A DNA stretch of 64,000 bases. It comes from Akkermansiaceae bacterium (lineage in GTDB: Bacteria; Verrucomicrobiota; Verrucomicrobiia; Verrucomicrobiales; Akkermansiaceae). The notes below the pieces were generated by a model, which was not told the DNA's origin, searched no databases, and saw only the letters and a program-made list of their open reading frames with translations. Position 1 is the first letter of the stretch. Every line of letters starts with the position of its first letter. Location: positions 3,213 through 67,212 of the forward strand of contig JBDNAW010000019.1 of assembly GCA_039768255.1 (NCBI GenBank). The letters are read 5' to 3'. The translations under genes and the position numbers were made by a program. Positions 48,955 through 58,541 of this stretch are shown here, one piece after another.

Positions 48955-50193
48955 ATGACCTACTCCCTCCTGATCTCCGCACTCATCATCGGAATCGCAG
49001 CATTTATCGGGCTTCCTCGTCAGAAAAAGCTCAAAGAACTCCGCACCGAATGGTCGACTCTTCAAGAGACCTGCGCGAAGTATGATATTTCCGATAATCC
49101 AACTTCTGAATTCGTCCTTTCAAAGCTCTCAGAGCGTCGCAAGACAAAGGTCCGGACAGAGAAAGTCGATACCTTTTCAGAAGAGCTCATCACCTTTATG
49201 AAGGAGATGAAAGAGGCTCAGAGAAATGGAGAAGTCGATCGCCTCGATTCCCGTAGGCGTGGGATGGAAATTTTTTCACGCATGATGGAATTTTCACCAG
49301 GCGAGATTAAAAGATTAGTGGAAAATATCACCTCTGACACTTCGATCGACAATCGTAGTAAGACCGAAATGGTCATGATGTCGGTTATGACTCTCAGTCA
49401 AGAAGACCCTCTCACCGCACTCGCTATCATCTCCGAGACCAAAGATACTCTCCTGAAGGGTAATCGGATGTCTCAGCACTTTATCGGATTTGCACTGGGA
49501 CAGCTCGCTGCGGATGACCCCACCGCCGCCATGGAATGGCTCAAGAATCACCAAGATGAAATCGGCGGAGTGAGTAGTGACCTAAAGAAGGAAATCATCT
49601 CGGGAGCTGCGCAGCAGAACCTGAACACCGCCTTCTCTCTCTTGAGCGAGATGGAATTTGATGATTCGGAACGGCCATATTACCGCCTTGCGATGAATGT
49701 CACCTTGGAAAACGCGACTGACTACATCACCGAAGTTCGGAGCCTCGATGGCACCCTTGAAGAGAAAAAGAAAGCCTTCAGCGCGCTCTCAACTTCTACG
49801 ATCTGGAAAGATTTTGAGACTGCAACGGCGTGGATGGCTGAAGCTCAATTAAAGACCGCGGAAAAAGAATCACTCATTTCCGGAATCCATTATCACTCCA
49901 CGAAAGGAGAGATCACCCAATGGCTTGATTGGCTCCACTCCGAGAATAATGTGGTAGCGAAAAAACAGGGAGAATCACTGATCAGATCTTGGACACACGA
50001 GGATTTTCGCGCCGCTGGAGAGTGGGTCAATGGCTTGGAGCTAGGAGCTCGCCGTGATGATGCCGCATATCATTATGCCTCAACTTTACGCACTCACGAA
50101 CCAGAAGCCGCCCGTGTCTGGGCCGAGACTCTCCCAGACAGCGAACGTAAAACTAAGCTCCTCAATGACATCGAGGCAGCGAAGCAGGATTAA
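48955..50193 (+). CDS. Membrane-anchored helical-repeat protein, unknown family (tandem paralogue)
   Basis: N-terminal TM (LLISALIIGIAAFIGL). Repeats DPLTALAIISE, DPTAAMEWLKN, FETATAWMAEA, FRAAGEWVNGL, EPEAARVWAETLPDS. Confidence 0.6.
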   Translation: MTYSLLISALIIGIAAFIGLPRQKKLKELRTEWSTLQETCAKYDISDNPTSEFVLSKLSERRKTKVRTEKVDTFSEELITFMKEMKEAQRNGEVDRLDSRRRGMEIFSRMMEFSPGEIKRLVENITSDTSIDNRSKTEMVMMSVMTLSQEDPLTALAIISETKDTLLKGNRMSQHFIGFALGQLAADDPTAAMEWLKNHQDEIGGVSSDLKKEIISGAAQQNLNTAFSLLSEMEFDDSERPYYRLAMNVTLENATDYITEVRSLDGTLEEKKKAFSALSTSTIWKDFETATAWMAEAQLKTAEKESLISGIHYHSTKGEITQWLDWLHSENNVVAKKQGESLIRSWTHEDFRAAGEWVNGLELGARRDDAAYHYASTLRTHEPEAARVWAETLPDSERKTKLLNDIEAAKQD

Positions 50194-51587
50194 AAATCGA
50201 GGTAGATTTCCGTCCGGCGATTCGCACGTCGGCCGCTCGGGTCATCTTCCCCTTCCTCGGTAACGTTTGGACGACGCGGTTTCGCCTCGCCTTCAGCAAG
50301 CGTGACCATTTGAGCAGGTGGGACTCCAACAGAAAGAAGATACGTTTTCACCGCTTGGGCCCGCTTCGCGGAAAGACGTCTGTTATAGTCATCTGATCCC
50401 AAGGCGTCGGTATGACCAGAGAGCGTGAGCTTTTTAGCGGCATCCAGCTTTAAAAGCCCTGCCACAATATCGAGCTGGCGTGTCGTCCGAGGAGTGAGCC
50501 CTTCTTCATCGAAGCCGAAGTAAAGGATCAGGGTATCACCTCCGGTAGGATTTTTCACCAATGGGGTGTAATGGACATCTCCGCCTGCCACTCGGGTGGC
50601 ATAATCTACCAGAAGTTGATCGAGATTCACCTCCGTCACGCGCCAAGGGGTCACACCATCTGGACGCTGCACATTGATGCCAAATTCCGCAGCACGCTCG
50701 CCACTCTGATTTTCAACATGAGCCATAAAACCCGCCGTTCTTTCAAGGCTAAACATTACGCGTAACGGCTTCTTCTCACGGAGTTTGTATTTCGCTTCCT
50801 CAAAGATGATGCAGAGACCTGCGATCTTAGCATCTGAAACCTTTTCAGGATCGACGAAAGATTTAGCATCATCAAAATTCTGCTGCAAAGCAGAGGTAAG
50901 AAAGGCATCGGTGATCCCAAGCGCATCCACAAAAAGGGCACGACGGATGATCTGACCATCTTCATACACTGGAGGGACATTCAGTGATTCGACGGACCAT
51001 GCTCCGGTCTCCTTCCGAGAAAGATCAAAGTAGATACGCGCTCCAACCTCATTATCGAGGTTCAAGGCCCAACGAGCACGGCGGTTCGCTTCTAGTTCGC
51101 CAATCTCACTTACGGGGTGCATCTGATTGAGCTTCAACTTTCCAGCATCGGCCAAGGCGCGAAGCCCAAGAAGGTGGCTCTCATTCAAAGCATTCCTTCC
51201 GATCAAAGTTGCCGCATCCTCAAATTCTTGCGCCTCTAAGCTTTTACCAATTTTCTGAAGAAGCGCCCTAGGATCGAGCTCAGCAGTCCCCATACCGGCA
51301 GCAGTGAGAATCTCGGCATTTGTTTTTTTCTTCGTTTCCTCTTCTCCAGAGGGGAGAGCGTTGGGAGAAACGCTCGGTTCTTCCAACGGATCATCTAGAA
51401 GCTCATCCTTTTCTAGAGCCATCTCACTCTGTTCTAAGTCAGGCTTTCCTGTTTCAGTGGCGTCACCAGATTGGGGAGAACACTGAGTCGTAAAAAGCCC
51501 AACCAAAAAGAGACCAATAGCGATCACTCCAAGAAAAAAATACAGCCCGAAATTCGAGCGGGGCTCATCCGTATAATATGTGCTCAT
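50190..51587 (-). CDS. Membrane-anchored OmpA/MotB-family peptidoglycan-binding protein with a large unknown central domain
   Basis: TM (FGLYFFLGVIAIGLFLVGLF), acidic linker, C-terminal OmpA_C (LSGHTDALGSDDYNRRLSAKRAQAV..RRTEIY). Start set at ATG 51587; the ORF extends to 51659, inside htrA. Confidence 0.8.
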   Translation of the reverse strand: MSTYYTDEPRSNFGLYFFLGVIAIGLFLVGLFTTQCSPQSGDATETGKPDLEQSEMALEKDELLDDPLEEPSVSPNALPSGEEETKKKTNAEILTAAGMGTAELDPRALLQKIGKSLEAQEFEDAATLIGRNALNESHLLGLRALADAGKLKLNQMHPVSEIGELEANRRARWALNLDNEVGARIYFDLSRKETGAWSVESLNVPPVYEDGQIIRRALFVDALGITDAFLTSALQQNFDDAKSFVDPEKVSDAKIAGLCIIFEEAKYKLREKKPLRVMFSLERTAGFMAHVENQSGERAAEFGINVQRPDGVTPWRVTEVNLDQLLVDYATRVAGGDVHYTPLVKNPTGGDTLILYFGFDEEGLTPRTTRQLDIVAGLLKLDAAKKLTLSGHTDALGSDDYNRRLSAKRAQAVKTYLLSVGVPPAQMVTLAEGEAKPRRPNVTEEGEDDPSGRRANRRTEIYLDF

Positions 51588-51621
51588 AGAAAACTGATCG
51601 TGAGTTGGGGCTAAACATTCT

Positions 51622-53121
51622 TCAGTCTGAAGGAGCCCGAGGAACCTGCGGGAGATCAATCCGCACGCTACGGCGGCCTCTCACAACTAGCAAGTTCGTT
51701 TGCTGAACCGCTGCAGTAGCCACAAGCTTCAGCATGAAATCTTGCTCATTTTGAATACGAGATCCATTAATCTCAAGAATTAGATCGCCAGGAAGGATCC
51801 CTTTTTGCTGTGCGTATGAGTCTCTGAGCACTTGTTTGACAATCACTCCGCCGTAGGCCCGACGAGTGCTTTGCACTTGAAGACCAATCGCGTTAACAAT
51901 CACTTCATCGGACGCCAACCGCCCTGTGCCGACTGCATTTTCAGAGGCGCCGAACGGATTCGCCTCTTTCACAACAGCCTTAATATTTACCACTCCGCTC
52001 CCTCGCCAGACACTCACGATGACCTCTTCATCAATCCTACTCCGTTGGACTTTCCCAATAAATTGACGAGCGTTTTCCACTCCTTCACCAGCGTAAGCGG
52101 TGACGATGTCATTTTGTTTAATCCCAGCCAAAGCCGCAGGAGAACCCGGACTCACATCCCAGATGAAGACGCCTCTGCCCTGATAGTCGAAGACATTACG
52201 CAAATGCTGATTTAAGTCACGTGCCTGAATTCCTAAGAAGCCATAAACGGGGCGTCCTTTTTCCAAAATATGCGTCATGGTGCGGACAACATCGTTTGAA
52301 GGAATGGAAAATCCAATCCCCCCAAAACTCGGATCATCACGATTGGTAGTCCAAATGGAGGCATTGATCCCAATAATTTCTCCAAGGTGATTCAATAAGG
52401 GGCCACCGGAATTTCCCGGGTTAATGGCCGCGTCTGTCTGAAATTTATCGCCCTGCCCGTCCGAGAATGATCGATCACGTGCAGAAATTCGGCCGGTCGT
52501 CACAGACTCTTGAAACCCGTAGGGATTTCCTACTGCGATCGCAAGCTGGCCCACCTTCACCTGATCCGAGTCCGCAAATTTCAATGGTTTAAAAACTTCG
52601 CCCGGTTGCCCTTTAATTCGTAAAACAGCGATGTCCACAAGGGGATCGGAATCGATAAGAATTGCGGGAAGGCTTCGCCGATCATTGAGAGTCACCCGAA
52701 TTTCTTGATGCCCAGCGATGACGTGATGGTTCGTAACAACATGTCCTTCAGAAGAAATAATCACCCCAGATCCTAAACCGGGAGTCACATGGCTTCGCTC
52801 ATAAACCCGACCTCCAAAAGGATCGAGAAAGCGCTCTTTTTTAATAAGCTTGGTATCGATACTTACCACTGAAGGAACCACGGCATCGACCAATTTTGTC
52901 ATCTCCTCGTTCACCCGTACTAACCCAGGAACCTGGCTCGCATCGAGAGCGGACTCCGAGGCCAAGGTGGCATTTTCAGGCGAATATTGCTGAGGGTCCC
53001 GCTTTTCGCCGATGCCAAAGATCGGGTGTCCATCACGCCATGCGCGAAAGACATACACACTCAAAAAAGCGACCGCAAAGACCAGCCCGAGCACAAAAAT
53101 ACGCTTAATGGTATCACTCAT
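51622..53121 (-). CDS. htrA: DegP/HtrA-family serine endoprotease with two PDZ domains
   Basis: Catalytic contexts TNHHVI, DIAVLRI, GNSGGPLLN. N-terminal signal-anchor. Confidence 0.9.
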   Translation of the reverse strand: MSDTIKRIFVLGLVFAVAFLSVYVFRAWRDGHPIFGIGEKRDPQQYSPENATLASESALDASQVPGLVRVNEEMTKLVDAVVPSVVSIDTKLIKKERFLDPFGGRVYERSHVTPGLGSGVIISSEGHVVTNHHVIAGHQEIRVTLNDRRSLPAILIDSDPLVDIAVLRIKGQPGEVFKPLKFADSDQVKVGQLAIAVGNPYGFQESVTTGRISARDRSFSDGQGDKFQTDAAINPGNSGGPLLNHLGEIIGINASIWTTNRDDPSFGGIGFSIPSNDVVRTMTHILEKGRPVYGFLGIQARDLNQHLRNVFDYQGRGVFIWDVSPGSPAALAGIKQNDIVTAYAGEGVENARQFIGKVQRSRIDEEVIVSVWRGSGVVNIKAVVKEANPFGASENAVGTGRLASDEVIVNAIGLQVQSTRRAYGGVIVKQVLRDSYAQQKGILPGDLILEINGSRIQNEQDFMLKLVATAAVQQTNLLVVRGRRSVRIDLPQVPRAPSD

Positions 53122-53244
53122 GATTTATAAAGGGTGCGATACTATGACCGCTGAAAGGGAGATTATCAAAAAGGAAAATTCACCCTGCTTTCTCGATAAA
53201 AAGCGGATTCCGGTGAACATCTTATCTAAGAAACACTCTCAGCC

Positions 53245-55344
53245 TCAGCATTCTTGCAGCACTTTCAGAAATGGAGCCAAATACTTATCCGCTTTTGCTT
53301 CCCCAATTCCCTTCACCAGAAGTCCTGCCTCCATCGTAGTTGGGCGGAGTCGAGCGAGATGTTCGAGGGTCTCATTAGAGAAAATGACATAAGCTGGGAC
53401 ACGATGTTCTTTGGCGAGACTACTACGCACATCACGAAGCTTTTCAAAAACTCGCGCATCGAATCCCATGTCTTCAAGGTTCACTTCTTCCCTCTCAAAC
53501 CCAGATGCTCCAGGCCATTCGAGCGCGTAGCTCGTTTCGTCTTTCATCACACGATCACCACGTTCGGAGAGAGTCACTAGTGGGAATTCTCCCTTTTGAG
53601 TCACAATGAGCCCACCTTGATGAAGACTGCGAAATAAGGCATTGAGGTATGCGGTTCCTTCTTCTTTAAGCAAGCCGTATGTCTTAAGTTCATTGAGATG
53701 GGCACGCTGGATTTCTTGGGACTTACTCCCCACGAGCATCTGGATGATCCGCCCTTTTCCAAAGCGTCCTTCCCAACCGGTCGCAGTCCGGCGGGACATC
53801 CGCGCAACACCACTAAGAAATTTTCTGACGATGAGAGATTCTTCCTCAGTCGGAGCACGACGCTCACTATGCTCCTCACCGAGACAGACATCGCAGCTAC
53901 CGCAAAGCGGAGCGTTCACCTCGCCAAAGTATTCGAGGATCCACTGTTGTCGGCAGGTGTTCGAATAACAAAGCTGCACCATCTGATCGAGCTTCTCGCG
54001 ATCTCGCCTCTCCTTCTCTTCGAGTGATGCTTCATTGACTTGAAGATCGCGCGTGAGGACCTCGGGTTGTAAAAGCCGCGTCCCTTTCGCACGTGATCCC
54101 GGCACATCGAACCGCTCTACCCAGCGCCCTCTCATGAGATGGCTAAGCGCACTGCCGAGCGCCATCGCATTCTTCGCTCCGATCGCTTCTTTAATCTCAT
54201 CCAACGTCCGCACAACCTCAAAATTCTCATCCGCATCATTAAGCAAGAATTGATAAAGTTCTCGAATCAACTGCGCCCCCGGATTCACTCCTTCGATGAA
54301 GAAATCCTGCGTTCGAGTATCGGCATAATTGAAAAGAAGATCACAAAAAGAAGCCTCTCCATCACGGCCCGCTCGACCCGCTTCCTGATAATAAGCCTCC
54401 ACGCTTCCAGGGATTTCAAAGTGAATTACAAAGCGCACATCAGGACGGTCGATTCCCATCCCAAAAGCATTGGTCGCCACCGCCACATCAGCCTCCCGTG
54501 CGATGAATTGATTCTGAGTTCGCTCGCGTTCCGTGTCAGTCATTCCGCCATGATACGCGACGCAGCTCACGCCCCAGCTGTGTAGCGTCTCCGCCACCTC
54601 CTCCACTTTTTTACGGGTGGCGCAGTAAACAATCCCCGTCTTATGCTGCCCGATGACTTTTTTCATCCGCGCATATTTCTGCGCCACTTTCTCAACCGGC
54701 GTGATGGTGAAGCTCAAGTTCGGCCGCTCGAACCCACTGATCCGCTCAAAAGGATCACGCAGCTTCAGCACCTTCCGAATGTCATCCCGCACAACCGGAG
54801 TCGCGGTCGCGGTCAAGGCGATGCATTGCGGACGGCCGAGTGCATCCAGTGCATTGCCGAGGCGCATGTAGTCTGGCCGGAAATCATGTCCCCATTGGCT
54901 CAGGCAGTGCGCTTCATCAATTGCCACCATCGTCACTTTTACATCCTTCAGCGCGCTCATGAACGAGCCCGCCTTGAATCGTTCCGGCGCGATGTAAACG
55001 AGCGAGTAATCTCCACGCTTCATTCCATCGAGACGTTTCCGCTGCTCTTCCCAACTCAGGGTTGAGTTGATGAACGTCACTGGCACTCCGCGCTTCTCTA
55101 GCCCATCGACCTGATCTTTCATCAACGCGATCAGCGGGCTCACCACCAACGTGACGCCCTCGCGGCAAAGCGCCGGAAGTTGATAACAAAGCGACTTCCC
55201 TCCACCCGTCGGCATCACCACCGAGCCATCACGACCCGAGAGGATATCCTCCATCACGCTCTCCTGACCATCGAGGAAATCCTCGAAGCCAAAGACCTCT
55301 TTCAAGACCTCGCGTGCTTTATTGACTGTCGGCATTACGAGCAT
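53245..55344 (-). CDS. recQ: ATP-dependent DNA helicase RecQ
   Basis: PTGGGKS, DEAHCLSQWGHDFRPDY, LTATAT, Zn-finger cysteines (CRQQ..CGSCDVC), RQC and C-terminal HRDC. Alternative ATG at 55335. Confidence 0.95.
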   Translation of the reverse strand: MLVMPTVNKAREVLKEVFGFEDFLDGQESVMEDILSGRDGSVVMPTGGGKSLCYQLPALCREGVTLVVSPLIALMKDQVDGLEKRGVPVTFINSTLSWEEQRKRLDGMKRGDYSLVYIAPERFKAGSFMSALKDVKVTMVAIDEAHCLSQWGHDFRPDYMRLGNALDALGRPQCIALTATATPVVRDDIRKVLKLRDPFERISGFERPNLSFTITPVEKVAQKYARMKKVIGQHKTGIVYCATRKKVEEVAETLHSWGVSCVAYHGGMTDTERERTQNQFIAREADVAVATNAFGMGIDRPDVRFVIHFEIPGSVEAYYQEAGRAGRDGEASFCDLLFNYADTRTQDFFIEGVNPGAQLIRELYQFLLNDADENFEVVRTLDEIKEAIGAKNAMALGSALSHLMRGRWVERFDVPGSRAKGTRLLQPEVLTRDLQVNEASLEEKERRDREKLDQMVQLCYSNTCRQQWILEYFGEVNAPLCGSCDVCLGEEHSERRAPTEEESLIVRKFLSGVARMSRRTATGWEGRFGKGRIIQMLVGSKSQEIQRAHLNELKTYGLLKEEGTAYLNALFRSLHQGGLIVTQKGEFPLVTLSERGDRVMKDETSYALEWPGASGFEREEVNLEDMGFDARVFEKLRDVRSSLAKEHRVPAYVIFSNETLEHLARLRPTTMEAGLLVKGIGEAKADKYLAPFLKVLQEC

Positions 55345-55492
55345 TCAAATGAACAGTCCCCCAACACACAAGAAAATCTCCACAAAATGACAACCATTCC
55401 GTTCAGATCCATACCCGTGGACAGAATACGACATGGTAGAACACCCGCTCTACCATTGACAGCCAGCGCCTTACTTCGGCACGCTTATCAGC

Positions 55493-57148
55493 ATGCAGAA
55501 TCTCGATTGGGTTGTCGTCATCTTCTATTTTCTTGGTCTCGTCGGAATCGTTTGGTGGTCGTCGCGGCAGCAGAAAACGACGGCTGATTTTTTCCTCGCG
55601 GGTCGTAATGCAGGGTGGTTCGTGGTGGGAACTTCCCTCTTCGCCTCGAATATCGGGTCGGAGCACATCGTAGGTCTCGCTGGAAATGGGGCGACGTCGG
55701 GAATGGCAATGGCACATTACGAACTCCACGCTTGGATCATGATCCTTCTCGCTTGGGTGTTTGTCCCTTTTTATTATCGCTCCGGGGTCTTCACCATTCC
55801 TGAGTTTTTGGAGAAGCGATTCGATTCCAAGACTCGCTGGATTCTCTCCGTGGTCTCACTCATCGCATACGTCTTCACCAAGGTTTCCGTCACCGTGTAT
55901 GCCGGAGCAATCGTCTTCGAGGCACTTCTTCCAGAGCTTCCAAACGCCTTTTGGATCGGGGCCTTAACTACGGTGATCTTGACTGGAGTTTACACCATTT
56001 TCGGTGGTTTACGGGCGGTCATTTATACCGAGGTCGCTCAGACTGCGCTCCTTCTGATTGGCTCGGTTTGCATCACTTGGATCGGGCTCAACAAACTCGG
56101 GGGCTGGGGAGAGCTTCAGGAAGCTTGTTCGGCGAACAAAGAGCAATTCGCGCTCTGGCGTCCGCTCTCTGACCCCGACTTCCCTTGGCTTGGAATTCTC
56201 ATCGCCTCACCTGTGATCGGCATTTGGTATTGGTGTACTGATCAATACATCGTGCAACGCACCCTCGCCGCGAAAGGGCTTCGCGATGCTCGTCGCGGCG
56301 CGCTCTGGGGTGGCTTTTTGAAAGTCTGGCCAGTCGCCATTTTTCTCATTCCCGGACTCATCGGATGGGCCCTGCACCAGCGGGGCGATCTCGCCATTCC
56401 GCTCAAGGCCGATGGCAGCCTCGAAGGTGATCAGGTCTTCCCACAACTCGTTTCCAGCCTCCTTCCGGTTGGTCTCCGCGGACTCGTGGTGGCCGGGCTG
56501 CTCTCGGCACTGATGTCATCACTAGCTTCTCTCTTTAATTCCTGCGCCACTCTCTTCACCGTCGATATTTATGAAAAGCTCCGTCCTGGAAAATCCGATG
56601 CTCAACTCGTGAAAGTCGGCCGCATCGCCACTGGAGTCGTCGTCCTCTGCGGGATCATCTGGATTCCCATCATGAAGGCGATGGCTGGAGGCGGCATTTA
56701 TAAATATCTCCAATCGGTACAAGGTTATCTCGCACCTCCGATCACGGCAGTCTTCCTGCTTGGACTCTTTTTCAAGCGGATCAATGCCAAGGGGGCAAAA
56801 GTTGGCCTGATCGTAGGATTCATCCTCGGTATGGGAAAACTTGGAATCGAAGCCTACGTTTCACAGCGAGGAATCACCGAGGGACTTCTGGCAGACTTTG
56901 CTGGGTTCAATTTCCTCTACTACTCTGGCGTCCTTCTCCTGATCTCGATTGTCATCATTATTGCCGCTTCCTTGAGTGCTCCGGCACCGAAAGAGGAAGA
57001 CCTCGCGGGGTTGACCTTTGGCTCTCTCAGTGATGAAGACCGCCGTGAAATCCGCGAGAGCTGGACCAAGTTCGATGTCATCCTTACCAGCCTCGTTCTC
57101 GTCATGGTGATCGGCGTTTATCTCTACTTTAGCTTCTGGTTGGGTTAA
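55493..57148 (+). CDS. Sodium:solute symporter (SSS/SGLT-like)
   Basis: About 14 TM helices. FFLAGRNAGWFVVGTSLFASNIGSEHIVGLAG.. is typical of SGLT-type SSS transporters. Confidence 0.9.
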   Translation: MQNLDWVVVIFYFLGLVGIVWWSSRQQKTTADFFLAGRNAGWFVVGTSLFASNIGSEHIVGLAGNGATSGMAMAHYELHAWIMILLAWVFVPFYYRSGVFTIPEFLEKRFDSKTRWILSVVSLIAYVFTKVSVTVYAGAIVFEALLPELPNAFWIGALTTVILTGVYTIFGGLRAVIYTEVAQTALLLIGSVCITWIGLNKLGGWGELQEACSANKEQFALWRPLSDPDFPWLGILIASPVIGIWYWCTDQYIVQRTLAAKGLRDARRGALWGGFLKVWPVAIFLIPGLIGWALHQRGDLAIPLKADGSLEGDQVFPQLVSSLLPVGLRGLVVAGLLSALMSSLASLFNSCATLFTVDIYEKLRPGKSDAQLVKVGRIATGVVVLCGIIWIPIMKAMAGGGIYKYLQSVQGYLAPPITAVFLLGLFFKRINAKGAKVGLIVGFILGMGKLGIEAYVSQRGITEGLLADFAGFNFLYYSGVLLLISIVIIIAASLSAPAPKEEDLAGLTFGSLSDEDRREIRESWTKFDVILTSLVLVMVIGVYLYFSFWLG

Positions 57149-57389
57149 AATCTTCCATCCAAAAAACTGAGCTTTCGTTCTGCTACGCTCCGATGAAAGG
57201 TAATATTATGGGTGCGCTCACGCACTCTTGAACACGTTCGCCCTTGATGGAGAATCCCAGCTTGTAAGAACATTACGGCCTCTTTCGCTATCACATTTCG
57301 ACTCTTGGCCGTTTGGCGTGATTCAGGTGAAACGAACGCTTTGAGAGGTTTGCTCGAAGAATGAAGGGTATTTTTTGAAGCTTTCTCTC

Positions 57390-58541
57390 CTAGCGGACCG
57401 CGAAGAGCGTTCCATCTTCACCACCGATGTAGATGGTTCCATTGGCGAAGCTTGGTGGAGCGATGATTGATTCGCCAAGGTCAAGCTGCCAAATCTCAGC
57501 ACCTTTTTCTAAGCCAATGGCATAAAGGCGGCCATCACTCGATCCAAAGACAGCGGCATCATTGAAGAGAATCGGTGAAGATTCAACACGACCTCCGGTT
57601 TTAAATTTCCAGAGTGACTCGCCACTTACACGGGAGATGGCGTGGAGTTTTTTATCGCGACAGCCAATGACGACAAGATTGTCATCAATCGCTGGAGCAC
57701 TCATGAAGGGAAACTTTCGATCTTTATAAGTCCAAGTGCACTCCCCTTTTTCGACATCAGCCGAGAGCACTTCATTCCCGTAATTCCCCCAAGCGACGAA
57801 GGTTCCAGCAGTAGCTACGGTGGAGACGATCTCGGCATCAGTCTCGATCTTTTTGACCGGCTTTCCGGTTCCGAGATCGAGAGTGTAGAGAATGCGGTCA
57901 CAGCCACCGAAAACGATCCACTTCCCATCGACGATCGCTGGGGAACCATTGATGAACTCTTCGGTGACGTGCTGCCACACCACTGAACCATCATCAGCTT
58001 TGAGAGCGCGGCAGGTACCATCGTAACCATTGAGGATCACCCATTGATCGGAGCCACTCGGATCAGTGACAATGTTGACTCCAGCGGTGATTTTATCATC
58101 CGTCTCGTATTTCCATTTTTCCTCGCCGGACTTGAGATCGAGGGCGTAGAGGAAGGAGTCCTGACAACCGACGAAGACCGTGCCATCGTGAATCGCAGGC
58201 GCCGCTTCGAGGGCATCCTCATATTCTTTGCTCCAGACAGGCTTTCCAGTTTCAGCATTCAAAACTGAGAGGACTCCAAGATCATTTCCAAAGACCACAA
58301 AGCCATCTGCGACGATCGCCTCACCGACAATTGGACCTTCGGTTTTATAGGTCCACGCGATCTCAGGATCATTGATTACTGGATCACTCGTGGTTCCAGA
58401 AAGGCCAGCTCCACCACGGGCTACGGACCACGATTTACGAGTGAATTGAATCGCAGATTCTTCCGCTGCCGTAATTTTTTTCTGCTCCTTTTGACAAGAA
58501 AAGAGGAGCGGCATCAAGGCCAGTAAGCAGAGACGTTTCAT
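57390..58541 (-). CDS. PQQ-like (BamB-like) beta-propeller lipoprotein
   Basis: Lipobox LLFS|C. Repeated blades (LNAETGKPVWSK, LDLKSGEEKWKY, LKADDGSVVWQH, LDLGTGKPVKK, ISRVSGESLWKF, IGLEKGAEIWQL). Confidence 0.75.
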   Translation of the reverse strand: MKRLCLLALMPLLFSCQKEQKKITAAEESAIQFTRKSWSVARGGAGLSGTTSDPVINDPEIAWTYKTEGPIVGEAIVADGFVVFGNDLGVLSVLNAETGKPVWSKEYEDALEAAPAIHDGTVFVGCQDSFLYALDLKSGEEKWKYETDDKITAGVNIVTDPSGSDQWVILNGYDGTCRALKADDGSVVWQHVTEEFINGSPAIVDGKWIVFGGCDRILYTLDLGTGKPVKKIETDAEIVSTVATAGTFVAWGNYGNEVLSADVEKGECTWTYKDRKFPFMSAPAIDDNLVVIGCRDKKLHAISRVSGESLWKFKTGGRVESSPILFNDAAVFGSSDGRLYAIGLEKGAEIWQLDLGESIIAPPSFANGTIYIGGEDGTLFAVR

